DNA from: Salpingoeca rosetta
Taxonomy: Eukaryota; Protista; Choanoflagellata
Direction of reading: 5' to 3'
NCBI GenBank assembly: GCA_033442325.1
Contig: JAWQFM010000024.1
Location: 788,584 to 852,583, forward strand
Length of the DNA stretch: 64,000 bases
Part shown: piece by piece, positions 27,201 to 39,948 of the stretch
Layout of the letters: every line of letters begins with the position of its first letter
How positions within the stretch are numbered: position 1 is the first letter of the stretch
Notes under the pieces: generated by a model
The model's input: the letters and a program-made list of their open reading frames with translations, nothing else
The model's database searches: none
Told to the model about the DNA's origin: nothing
Position numbers and translations under genes: made by a program

Positions 27201-30200
27201 GACGCAGCGCACACGCGCGACATGAGCGTGATGGCGCCGCTGTTGGCGTCCACGGCAAACTTGCCGGCCGAGTTGCCGCCCGTGATGCTGAAGGAGGCAA
27301 TGCCGGTGCGGTTGGTGGCGACCGTCGCCACCGTCGTGCCGATGCTGGCCGACTCGGCCAGGTCCGCCGTGTAGCGCGAGCTGGTGAACAGCGGGAAGTC
27401 GGGCGACGTCTCCACCACGTTGATGAGCACATACATGGTGTCGGAGAGATCGCCATCAGAGGCAGACAGCTGCAGCGAGAAGGAGGAGCGCTCGGCAAAG
27501 TCCAGCTCGCGCACGAGCGTGATCACGCCGCCAACCGTGTCGAGGTCAAACGTGGGCGGCGTCGTGTCCCCGCTCACCACGCGGTAGCGGATCTCCGCCT
27601 CGTCTGCGCAGTCCTGGTCCGTTGCCTCCACGCGCGTGACGTAGTCGCCCAGGGAGGCTGTCTCCAGCAGCGTCACCCGCACCAGGTCCTGCGTGAACAC
27701 GGGAGCAAACGCGTTGCCCGCCGTCACGGTGATGGTGAACTGCGTGTCGGTCGACTGCGGCGGCGTCCCCGTGTCCGTGGCGCGCACAATGAGGTTGTAC
27801 GTGCTCTTGTCGGCTGCGCAGAGCGGCCCAAGCGCGCGCACAATCACTCCAGTGGTGGGATCGACGCGGAAGGCGGAGCCCGCATCGCCACCGACAATGT
27901 TGAAGAGCACCAGGTCGCCGTCGCCGTCCGTCGCCTTGACCGTGCCAATCGCTGAGCCCGCAGACGCGGTGTCCGTCACGCTGGCAGACATCTGCGTGTG
28001 CGTGAACACGGGCTTGTGGTCGTTCACGTTGCCGACGGCGATGGTGATGGTGGTGGTGGCCGTGTTGGGCACGGGCGTGGCGCTGTCCGAAGCCTGCACG
28101 CGAAGCTCGTAGGTGTCCTGCACCTCGTAGTCGAGCGGCTCAACCAGCGTCACGATGCCCGTAGTAGCGTTCACGGAAAACGCGCTCATGTGCACGCTGG
28201 TGTTGCCGTTGACGCTCAGCAGCGCGTACGACACGCTGTCAAAGCAGTCGCCGTCCGTGGCGTACGCCGTGGCCACCGCGGTCGGCGCCTGCACAGACTC
28301 GAGCACGCTCACGGTGGCATCCGGCACGCTGAAGACGGGCGCGTTGGCGTTGCCGGGCAGGATGGTGACGTTGGCCGTGGCCGTGGCCGTGCGGGTGCCG
28401 TCGCCCGCCTCAATCTGCAGCAGGTACGTCACGCCGGGGCTGTTGCGGTCGGCCAGGCACAGGCGGTGGCGCGGGAAGACGTTGCCCGTCGTCACTTCAA
28501 TGGCAAACGGGAAGGCGGCCGTGGCCAGGGAGATGGGCCCGGTCGCAGACACAATGCGATGCACCACAGGCAGGGCAAGCGCGTCTGCATCCGTGGCCTG
28601 CACCCGTAGCACGGGGGCGCCAACCGCCACACCGTCGTGTACCACGGCGCTGTACTCCGTGTTGGCAAACACGGGCGCCTCATCGTCGACGTCCGTCACG
28701 GTGATGGTGAGCAAGGACACGTCGGTCTTGCCACCCGCATCCGCCACCTGCACGCCCATGACAAACTGGCGCGGCTGGCCGTTGGCCTGCTCGTAGTCGA
28801 GCGCCCGTGCCAGCGTGAGCACGCCGCTTGCGCTGTCCAGCACAAAGGTGGCCGGCGTCGTGTCGCCGGAGATGACGCTGTAGGTGAGGGCGTAGTCGTC
28901 CCCGCAGTCCGCGTCCGTGGCGGCCAGCGTGGTGATGACCGTGCCGGTGGCCGTGTTCTCGGGAACAGACACGCTCGCCGTGCTCACCGCAAACGATGGG
29001 GACGCGGCATTCGCGTTGGTGACCGTCACATCAAACACGGCCACGCCAGCAGCGCTTGCGGGAAAGGCCGTGTCTGCCACGCTGAGCACGAGGCGGCGCA
29101 ACGGCTCTGTGTCGGCGCACAGGAGGCCGGCCTGGTTCACGCGAAGCTCGCCAGAGCTGGCGCCCAGCGAGAACGCGCCGTCATCGTTGCCGGCAGTGAT
29201 GGAGAAGGTGTGCGTGGCAGAGACGGTGCCGGCAGAAACGAGGCCGACGAGGGTGCCCGCAGCCGCGTTCTCCGCCACGTTGGCCGTGTACATGGGCTGC
29301 GAGAACGCCGGCGCGTTGGGGTCCGCGGCGACGACGCGCACGCGCACGTTGGCCTGATCCGTGTTGGATGCGCCATCCTGCGCCTGCACGGTCAGAATCT
29401 CCTCGTCGCCCTGCTGCAGGGAGCTGGAGGCCACGACAATGAGACCCGCAGACGTCACCGACACGCGGGAGCTGGGACCGCCCACCTGCGAGTAGGTGAG
29501 TGTCGTGTCCTCGCAGTCCGCGTCCGTGGCGCTGAGCACCAGCACCACAGAGTTGAGGGCGGCGTCAGCAGCCACGTTGGCCTCATACAGTACAGTGGAG
29601 AACGCGGGCGCAAACGTGTTGCCCGCGGTGAGGGTGACGGTGAGCACGGCGTCCGTGTACAGGGACGTGGGTTCACCGTCATCGGTCGCGCGCACAACGA
29701 GGGTGTACGTGTCAAGCAGGCTCGCGCACAGGGGCGCGGCCACGGTGATGGCGCCCGTGCTCGCGTCAATGGCAAAGGCATTGTCTGCGTTGCCAGAGAC
29801 GAAGCTGAAGGCAACGGCGTCGCCATCCGCGTCCGTGGCGCTGGCCGTGGTCACGGCCGTGCCTGTGGAGGCGTCTTCGGAGAGGGTGACGGAGGCCTGG
29901 CCCAGGGACAGCACGGGTGCGTTGTCGTTGGTGTTGTTGACGGTGATGGTGAGGGTGAGCTCGTCAAACTCGGGCGGGTGCGTGCTGTCGCCCTCGTCTG
30001 TGGCGCGCACGGTGAGCGTGTACGAGCTGGCGTCAGCGTAGTGGATGGCAGAGGCCACAAATACCTCGCCAGTGTTGGCGCCCACGCCAAACACGGCCAC
30101 GCTTGGGTCGCCGGTGAGCAGGTGCCCCGTGCCCTCGAGCGTGTACGTGAGGCGGTCACCGCAGTCCACGTCCACGGCCTGCACGGTGGTCACGCGCGTG

Positions 30201-33200
30201 CCCACGGTGGCACCCTCCACCACGGAGGCCGTGGCGCTGGTGCTGGGGAACGCGGGCGCGTGCGCGTCGCCCAGGAGCACGTCGATGAGGACGGGCACGG
30301 AGGCCTTGCGCGCCGGGGAGCCGTTGTCGCTGGCCTCGACCAGCAGCGTGTACGACGACTGGTCGTTGAGGCACAGGTTGCGCTGGCGGCTAATCTCGCC
30401 CGTGGTGGTGTTGATGGCAAACACGCCAGCGTCGTCGCCGTCCACAATCGAGTACGTGATGTGGCACGTGTCGCACGCGTCGCTGTCTGTGGCCTCCACC
30501 TGCAGGAACGGCATGCCCTGCGCCAGGGTCTCCACCACGCTCACGCTGTACAGCGGGAGGCTGAATGCCGGGTCAAACTCGTTCACGTCGAGGATGGTCA
30601 CCTTGACCACGACCGAGTCAAAGGCCGGGTCGGGCGTGGCGTCGTCCTGCACGCGCACGACAACGTCAAACGAGGTGTGCTCTTCGCGGTTGGTGGGGCC
30701 CGTGGTGAGCAGCTGGCCGTTGGAGTTGATGCGGAACCAGCGCGACGTGCCCGTGCCGCCCACGATGCTGTACAGCACAGAGTCGCCGCAGTCCGGGTCG
30801 ACCGCGGAGATGGTGGTCACCAGCGTGTCGCTGGGCAGGCCCTCCTGCAGCGCGGCCGAGGGCAGCTCGTTGGCAATGACGGGGGGCCGGTTGTCGACAA
30901 TGCGCACAATCACGTTGACCTGCGCAGAGGAGATGCGGCCGCCGCCGTCCGTGGCGCGCACGGTGAGGTCGTAGGAGGAGCTGGCAGAGCCGCACAGGGC
31001 GCCCGTGTTGGAGATGGCGCCCGTGGTGCTGTTGATGGAGAAGAGGCCGTCAATCGTGTCCGCGAGCGTGTAGGTGACGGTGCCAAACGCGCCGGCATCC
31101 GGGTCCGTGGCCTTGGCGGTGTACACGGTGGTCGGGTACGACACCTCGTCAATGGCCTGCGTCACGGGCGACTGCGCAAAGGAGGGCGAGTTGTCGTTCT
31201 CATCATCAATGATGATGACAACCGTGGCCAGGCCAACAAAGGAGCCGGACGTCACGGTTGCGGTGACCTCAATCTGCGGCGTCGCCTCGCGGTCCACGTT
31301 CCCCGTCGACACAAGCACGCCCGTCGCCGTCTGCATCATAAAGGGCAGGTTGGACCCCTGCAGGCCGTACATGAGCGTCTGCCCCTGCTGCAGGCAGTCC
31401 ACGTTGTGCGCGACGAGCGCGGGGCTCAGCTCCACGCCAGAGCCCTGGTTCTCGCGGAAGTGGAACACGTAGCTGTCCTTCTCAAACGCGGGCGGGGAGT
31501 CGGTCACGTCCTCCACCAGCACGGTGACCGTGGTCGTGGTCTCCATGGGCGGCGTGCCCGAGTCGCGCGCCGTGACGTACAGCAGAATCGACTCCACAAA
31601 CCCGGTGCCGTTGACGTTGGGCTTGCACGTGGAGTTGCCGCGCAGCTGCTCAAAGTCCACGCGCTGCTTCAGCCACAGGCCGCCCGTGGCGGAGTCGAGC
31701 TCAAACACGCCGTTGGGGTCGCCCGAGGCGATGCTGTAGTTGACCTGCGCGTTGGCGCCCTGGTCCGGGTCCAGGGCCACAATGGACAGGAACGTGCGCT
31801 CCACGGGCTTGCTCTCGGCGATGGTGACCGTGTAGTTGGTGCGGTCGAACATGGGCGCGTTGTCGTTCTCGTCCAGCACGTTCACGGTGACGGTGGCGTC
31901 GGCGTGGTTGGCGGGGTCCGACGCGCGAATCGTCAGCACGTACTGCGCGCGCAGCTCACGATCAAAGGACGTGTTCTGGTACACGGCGCCCGTGAGCTCG
32001 TCCACGTAGAAGAACTGCCGCATCTCCACGGGCAGGAGGGAGTAGCGGATCTGGGCGTTGAGGCCCGCGTCCGCATCCGAGGCGTTGGCGAGCAGCAGGA
32101 ACTTGGGCCACGGCCCGTTCTCGCGCACGGCGACGCTCGTCTGCGTGAAGCCAAAGGTGGGCAGGTTGTCGTTGATGTCGCGCAGGATGAGGGAGATGGT
32201 GACGTTTGGCCCCGTCTGTGGCGGGACACCGCTGTCATGCACGCCAATCACCAGCGTGCGGCCGTGCCCCATCGCCTCGCGGTCAAAGACGGCCTTTGTC
32301 ACGATGGAGCCCGAGTCGCCCATCTCAAACAGGTCCTCCTCGTTGCCCGTGAGGATGGTGAAGGCCGGGCGCGCGTTGGCGCCGAGATCCACGTCTGTCA
32401 CGGCCAGGCGGTACACCAGCGTGCCCACCGGCTGCTCCTCGTCAAAGTACACCGTGACGTTGGTCGTGTCTGGGATGGGCGGGTTGTCGTTGATGTCGGT
32501 GATGGTGATCTGCACGCGCGCCTCCGAGGAGAGCGGGGGCGTGCCCAGGTCCGTGGCGCGCACAACAAACTCAATCTCCGGCAGGCCGTTCGGGAGCAGG
32601 GCCTCCCGGTCCAGGTCGGCAGCCACCTTGATGGCGCCCGTGTACTCCTCCACGGTGAACCGCGTCTCGTTGACAATGGCGTAGCGCATCTCGTACTCGG
32701 CAGAGGGCGGGCGGTCCGGGTCCGTGCTGGACACGTTGAGCACGGTGAAGCCGATGCTGCTGTGCTCGGGCATGGACCCTCGGAAGAGCGGCCGCGAAAA
32801 CACGGGCGGCTCCACGTTGGCGTTGTCCACGATGACGGTGACGGTTGCTGGCAGCACGGCGCGGCCGGGCGGGTCGCCGCCGTCCTGGGCGTTGATGTTC
32901 AGCGTCAGCACGCGGCGCTCGTCGTACGAGACCACCTTGGACGTGCGCAGGAGCTGCCCCGTGGTGCGCCCCACGGTGAAGAAGCCCTCGTCCGTGGCGC
33001 CGGAGATGCTGTAGGTGACGTTGCCCAGCGCGCCAGAGTCCTGGTCTGTGGCAAACACGGACGCCACGAGCGTGCCTGCAGGCACGTTCTCCAGCATGTT
33101 GACGGTGATGTCCGTGTCGTTGAACACGGGCACGTGGTCGTTGACGTCGGAGATGTCGATGTTGAGTGTGGCCGTGACCGTGTGGACGCCATCGGTGGCC

Positions 33201-34839
33201 ATCACGGTGAGGCTCAGGAGCGGGGCCGTCTCAAAGTCAAAGGGCGCCGACACCAGCAGCGAGCCGGAGAGCGGGTCCATGGCGAAGAACACGGCGTCAT
33301 CGCCCTGAATCGCGTACGTGACCTGGTCATCCACGTCCGGGTCTGTCGCCTGCACCGTGTACGCCACGCTGCCGAGCGGCGTGTTCTCCGGCAGCTCGAC
33401 GGTGAGGCCGTCCGCAAACTGCAGCACGGGCGCGTTGTCGTTGACGTCGGTGATGGTGACGACGATCGAGGCCGACGACTGCGCAACGCCATCCGAAGCC
33501 ATCACGGTGAGGGTGATGTTGCGGTCCGCAGCCAGCTCGCGGTCAAAGGCCGCCCCAGAGGCAAGCGACAGCGTGCCGTCCGTGGCCATGACAAAGCGCG
33601 CGTCCCCAGACACAAAGTACTGCGGGGGCGTGGCGTCCGCGTCAACAGCGACGGGCTTGGCTGTGGGCGAGAGGGCGAGCGCGCCCGTTGGGCAGGCGCC
33701 GCTCGTGCACTCGGCAAGGGACAGCGTGTACAGCGGGAACTGCATAAAGGGGGCGTTGTCGTTGACGTCGCCCACAACAATCTGCACGATGGTGGTCGCC
33801 TCGTCGCTGTTGAGGGTGCCCTTCACCACGAGCGTGTACGTGGGCACCGTTTCGCGGTCGAGCGCGCCCGTGAGCGAGAGCACGCCCGTGTTGGCGTGGA
33901 TGGAGAAGAGCCCCTCTGGGTCGCCCTGCGCAATGGTGTAGATGACGCTCGGGTTGCTGGAGCCCGCCACCAGGGCCTCCACCGTGCCAACAGAGGCTGC
34001 GGCGTCGTTCTCCACAACGGTGAACGAGTAGGTGGGGGAGGCAAACAGGGGCACGTTGTCTGTGGGGTCGGCGACGGTGACGATAAGCTGTGCGGAGCCC
34101 GTCTTTGCGTTTGCGTCCGGCGAGTCTGCGGCGGTGACGGTCATGCTGAGGACGGACGGCGCACCGGGGAGGGTGGACGCCACCGTGACCGCGCCAGAGG
34201 CCTCGTCGATGGAGAAGGTGCCGCTCTGGTCGTCAATGGAGTAGAAGAGCGGCAGATCCGGGTCGTCGCCGTCAATGGCCGTGAGCACGGCAATGGTGGT
34301 GCCGATGCTCGTCGTCTCCGAGACGGTCACCGCGTACGTGCTCGACTCAAACGCCGGCGGCTCGTTGCTCGTGTTCTCCACGGAGAGCAGCACGTTTGCA
34401 ATGTCCGTGTTGTACCCATCGGAAGCCTGCACCTCCAGCTGGTACGAGAAGGTCTGGGCGTAGTCGTAGTTGCCGCCGCCAGCAGGCACCTTGATCTCGC
34501 CCGTGGACGCGTCAATCTCGAAGATGCCCGAGCCGCGCGTCGGGTAACCAAAGACGTTGCGGATGCTGTAGGTGATGGTGTCGCCCTCGTCCGCGTCCGT
34601 GGCAGACACGGTAAGGATGGTGCTGCCGCCTGCAGCAATGTCGCTCACAGCCCCAACGTATGTCATCTGCGCAAACGCCGGCGCATTGTCGTTGGAATCC
34701 GTCACCGTGATCACCACAGTGGCAGTGTCACGTCGCGCAGGCACACCTCGGTCCTCAACTGCAACAAGGAGTGTTGTTTGTAGGAGGGGGAGGGGGTGGA
34801 GAAAGAGGGGTTTCATGAAGTGTGTGTGCGTGCATGTGT

Positions 34840-34898
<59 letters not shown>

Positions 34899-37800
34899 CA
34901 TGTATGTGTGTGGGTGTGTGTGTAATGTGAGATGAGAGGGAGTGAGAAATGATGCGTACGTGTGTTTGTGGGCGACAACGAGCGGATGCAAACAGAACTG
35001 CATGTCACCACACCCAAGCACATGCACACGCATACAAGGGCGCGCAAACACCCACACGCGCACACACACACACATGCACACGAGCAAAGCACGCAAAGCA
35101 CACACACACATGCACACACACACACATGCACACGAGCAAAGCACGCAAAGCACGCAAAGCAAAAGAGACGGGTCACTGTAGGTACGCACCGTGGACATTG
35201 AAGGCGTAGGTGCGGCGCGTCTCATAGTCGAGCGGAACAGCAGCGCTGATGGCACCCGTGGTGACGTCAACCTCAAACGTGCCGTTGGCGTTGGACAGGC
35301 TGAACACAAGCTGCGCGTTGGCACCGGCGTCCGCGTCCGTGGCGCCCGCTGTGAGGATGGGCACGTGCACGGCCACGTTCTCCGGCGTGCTGGCCGTGAA
35401 CATGGTCTTGTTGAACTGCGGGTCGTGGTCGTTGATGTCGCCAACCACCAGCACAATGGACGCTTCCTGTGGCGAGCCAAGGTTGGCAAAGCCAGCCGCA
35501 GCGCCGTTGTCACGCGCCGTCACGCGCACCGTGTACATGGGCGTGGTCTCACGGTCCAGCGGCTGCAGGAGGGTGAGCGCGCCCGTGCGCGCGTCAAGCG
35601 ACACAACGGCGGTGGGCGCAACGAGCGAGTACGTGATGTTGCCGCTCTGGCCAACGTCTGGGTCAATCGCCTGCGCACGAGCAACAACTGTGCCCACGGC
35701 GGCGTCCTCGGGAACAACAAACGTTGCCGGGTTCTGCGGGAAGGTGGGCGGATTGTCGTTGATGTCGCGAACGACGACCTTAACGTCCGTAAACGACTCC
35801 TTGGGGATGAGGGCGTGGTCGCGCGCGCGGATGGTGACAAAGTACACAGCCGAGGCCTCCCTGTCCAGGCCCGTGGGCAGCGTGCTGAGGCTGCCCGTCG
35901 TCTCATCAATGGTGAACAGGTCGTCGTGCGTCACCACCGTGTACGACACGCGGCGGTTGTCTCCAAACTCGTCAGCGTCGTCCGCTTGCACCCGCACAAT
36001 GTCCAGCGACGCAAAGGCGCCCTGCATTTGCAGCGCGTGCGAGTGATTTTGGGGGGGGGGATGGGAGAAAGTGTAATGGGACGAAGGGGGAGGAGGGGGA
36101 GGAGGAGGGTTGTAACGTGAGCGAGGTCAAGAAGGAGATGGAAAAGATGGAAAGAAAAGCGCGAGGCAAAACATGGCCACGGCACGTGAGTCGCCTCAGA
36201 CCTACGGCGCAACCATGACCGTACGCGCACACACACGCAACCATGCACGCAACCACACACCATCACACAACCACGCACAATCGCACAATCACACAACCAC
36301 ACAACCACGCAATGCGCACCTCTGTGACGGTCGCCTCGTATTCGTTGGAGCGGAAGACGGGGGCAAACAGGTTTTCCGGGGTGACAGTGACGAGCACGTT
36401 GGCCGATGCCGTGAGCGGCGGTGTGCCGTGATCCATGGCAGATATGATGAGCGAGAACCTGCTCTGCAACGCAAAGTCCAGGGGGTTGGTGGTCGTCACC
36501 AGGCCCGTGTCCGGATCCACCGTGAACACGTCATCGTTGTTCAGCAGCGTGTGCGTCACAAACGAGTTGGGCGTGTTGGCCTTGTCCTGTCGGCATTGCA
36601 GTGAGGACAAACACAAGCCAGGAATACGGGCAATTAGTGTATGTATGTGGGCAGGTGTACGTGTATGTGTGCTTGTGTGTGTGTGGGGGGTGTGTGCTTG
36701 CTTGCAAGCATAACGAACCAATTATACCGCACAAGTCACAAGCCACGTGCCACAAAACAAACGAAGCACCTCGCTCTTCTCTTCCTACCCCCCCCCCCAA
36801 AAAAAAAACACACACACACACACGCTCTCTCTCTCTCTTTCTTTCTTCCCCACCCACAACGTACAGCGTCTGTAGCAAACACGGTGGTGCAGACTTGGCC
36901 AGCCGGGAGGTTCTCTGGGATGACGCACGAGTAGTTGGTCTTGGGGAAGATGGGTGGATTGTCGTTGGTGTCGTTGACGGTGATGTACACGGGAACAACG
37001 TCCCTGCGCGAGGGGGCGCCCTCATCCTTGGCCTCCACATACACCGTGTACTGCGACTTGACCTCGTAGTCAATGCCGGACAGCGCAACCATCTTGCCCT
37101 CGCGGTTGTTTGGGATGTTGAAGTGGCCCGACGAGCCGTTCACAATGCGGTACGTCAGCTGCGCGTTCAGGCCGCTGTCGCGGTCCGTGGCCTGGAACTC
37201 GCCCACCAGCGTGTTGCGCTTGATCGTCTCAAGCACGTTAAACGCGTACGAGCGACGCTGGAACTGCGGGGTGTTGTCGTTGATGTCCAGCACATACACA
37301 TTCACCTGCGCCGTGGAGGAGCGGGGTGGAACGCCAAAGTCGGTCGCCGTCACCGTCAGCGTGTGCTGCGTCTTGTTCTCGTAATCGAGCGCGCGCACAG
37401 CGTAGATGTTGCCCACCATGCTGCCGGCCTGGCTCACCGTGTCAATGCGGAACATGTTGTCGTCGTTGCCGTTGGTGATGTTGTACTGCACACGCGAGTT
37501 GCTGCCCTGGTCGTTCTCGGCAGCAACCACCTGGATCACAAAGCGGTTTGTCTCCGTGCTCTCCGGAAGGTACTGGTTGTAGCGGTCCTGCGAGAACACG
37601 GGGTCAAGGTCGTTGACATTGGCAATGCTGATGGTCAGAGTCGCCGTGTCCGTGCGTGCAGGCACGCCGTGGTCCGTGGCAGTCACCACCAGGTTAAACG
37701 ACGTGGAAATGGCCTCCGCGTCAAACACCGTCAGCGTGGTCACAACGCCGGTGGTGGCGTCAATGGCAAAGTCTGTGGAGGGCGGCGTGAGGGCGTACGT

Positions 37801-38682
37801 CACGCGGCCGTTCTCGCCGCTGTCTGCATCTGTTGCCGTGACAATGAGGGCAATGGTGCCTGTGTCGGAGTTCTCGGCCACGCGCGTGGCGTACGACTCG
37901 CGCTCAAAGACAGGCGAGTTGTCGTTGACATCCAGCACCTGCACGGTCACCACCGCCTGCGCAGTGTGCACGCCGTCCGTCACTGCACAGAGAGGAATGT
38001 GGGCGGTGGACGGTGTGTGCAGGCGTTTTGAGCAGGTGTAAGAGTGTGTGTGTGTGGGGAGGAGGAGGTGTATGCGCGTGAGAAGCAGTGAGTGGACCAA
38101 GCTTAAGAGGGAGTCAAAAACACACACGTGGGCGACTGGCAATGAACCGCGACACACACATTCAAGCGCACGCACACTGCGTACACTGCGCACACCGCAC
38201 ACCACACATACACACATTCAAGCGCACGCATACTGCGCGCAAACCCCACACACAAACACACAAACACAGCCACCGTGGCGGCACCACGGTACCTTGGATG
38301 GTGACGGTGTGGGAGGTGACGGTGTCATAATCGAGCGCGCCCGTGAGCTGCAGGACAACAACGGCGTTGCTCTGCACAGAGACAGAGAAGAGGGAAATGT
38401 CAGAGTTGAGCAGCGAGGCCGAGAGCTGCGCGTTGGCGCCAACATCGGCATCGGTGACGTTGATGGTGGTGAGAACGGTGCCAATGGTGGCGTTCTCCCG
38501 CCACGTCACCGTGCGCTCTTGCGTTGCAAACACGGGCGGGCTGTCGTTGGTGTCGAGAACCGTCACCAGCACGGTGGTGGAGTTGGACGCCGGCGGTGTG
38601 CCGCTGTCTCGCGCAGTCACCGTCAGCGCAATTGTGTCCTGCGTCACCAGACAACGTCGTAATCACGGTGATAATGATGATA

Positions 38683-38741
<59 letters not shown>

Positions 38742-39869
38742 AGAGGGTGGGTGGGACAAATGGGTGAGTGGAACAGGCGAAGGATGGGAAATGTTTGTGG
38801 AAGCAACATGTGTTTGGCCACGTGCGTGAGAGGGGTGTGCAAGACGAAACAAAGTGAGTGCACATGGTGATCGCAGGCTTTGTGCCATTTTGATGCTAAT
38901 CCAGCACAGGGCAAACGCCACATGTTGATAGGGTGTGTCTTCACCGTCGCTTGGTTTCCATCATCGCTGCCCCCTCCTCCCCCTCTCTCTCTCCATTCAC
39001 TCAACCCAGAGCATTGAATTCAACCACATGCACGAGAAGCTCCAAGCACGCGTGCCGGCACTAACGGCCTTCTTCCCTTATCGAGAAGACCCGTTCGTGG
39101 TGATGATCCGNNNNNNNNNNNNNNNNNNNNNNNNNNNNNNNNNNNNNNNNNNNNNNNNNNNNNNNNNNNNNNNNNNNNNNNNNNNNNNNNNNNNNNNNNN
39201 NNNNNNNNNNGAGAAGCGCACGGCGTTGCCTGTGCTGTTCGCGTCGCTCGCCACCGCAGTCAGGCACAGCTGGCCCGAGGGCCTGTTTCTCCGTTGATGC
39301 TGCACGCGTAGGGCAGGTTGAAGAACTGCGGCACGTGGTCGTTGACGTCTGTGACGCCGATGACGACCTGCACAGTCGCAGAGAGCGACGGGACGCCCCG
39401 ATCGCGCGCCTCCACCGTCAGCGTCCACGACTGCGCCACGTGTGGTATTGGGAGTGGGGTAGGCAGGGGGGAAAGGAGGAAAGGATTTGGGATGTGGGAG
39501 GGGAGAGAAACGCGTGTGAGAAGAACGGGTGCTTGTGCGGTGAGGAAAATGAGACGACAAAGAAGCACAAATGCAGATGCCGGTAAGCACAGGCAGCGTC
39601 ACGTAAACGACACAAAACTGCACACTCGCACACTCACACACGCGCACACTCACACACGCGCACACGCACAGCAGCACGCACCGGCTGTTGCTCGCGGTCG
39701 AGGGAGGCGGTGGTGGTGATCTGGCCCGTTGCGGCGCCAATGACAAAGGGGAAGCCGCTGCCGACCAGCGAATAGCGCACCTCGCCGTTCAAGCCGTTGT
39801 CAAGATCATCCGCCTCAACAACAAGCACAGACGTGCCCGCATCGAGGTTCTCAATCACACTGCAGGCCA

Positions 39870-39948
<79 letters not shown>

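Noticed and set aside
8206-36120. Very long + strand ORFs (e.g. 28637-34783, 23726-27955, 19934-23623)
   Set aside because: Antisense shadows of the GC3-biased cadherin CDS, with no domain signal of their own.
39052-39300. Apparent frameshifts in cadherin exons flanking gap 39111-39210 (pseudogene?)
   Set aside because: Confined to contig ends next to a gap and so likely base-calling errors. The rest of the gene is intact over many kb.
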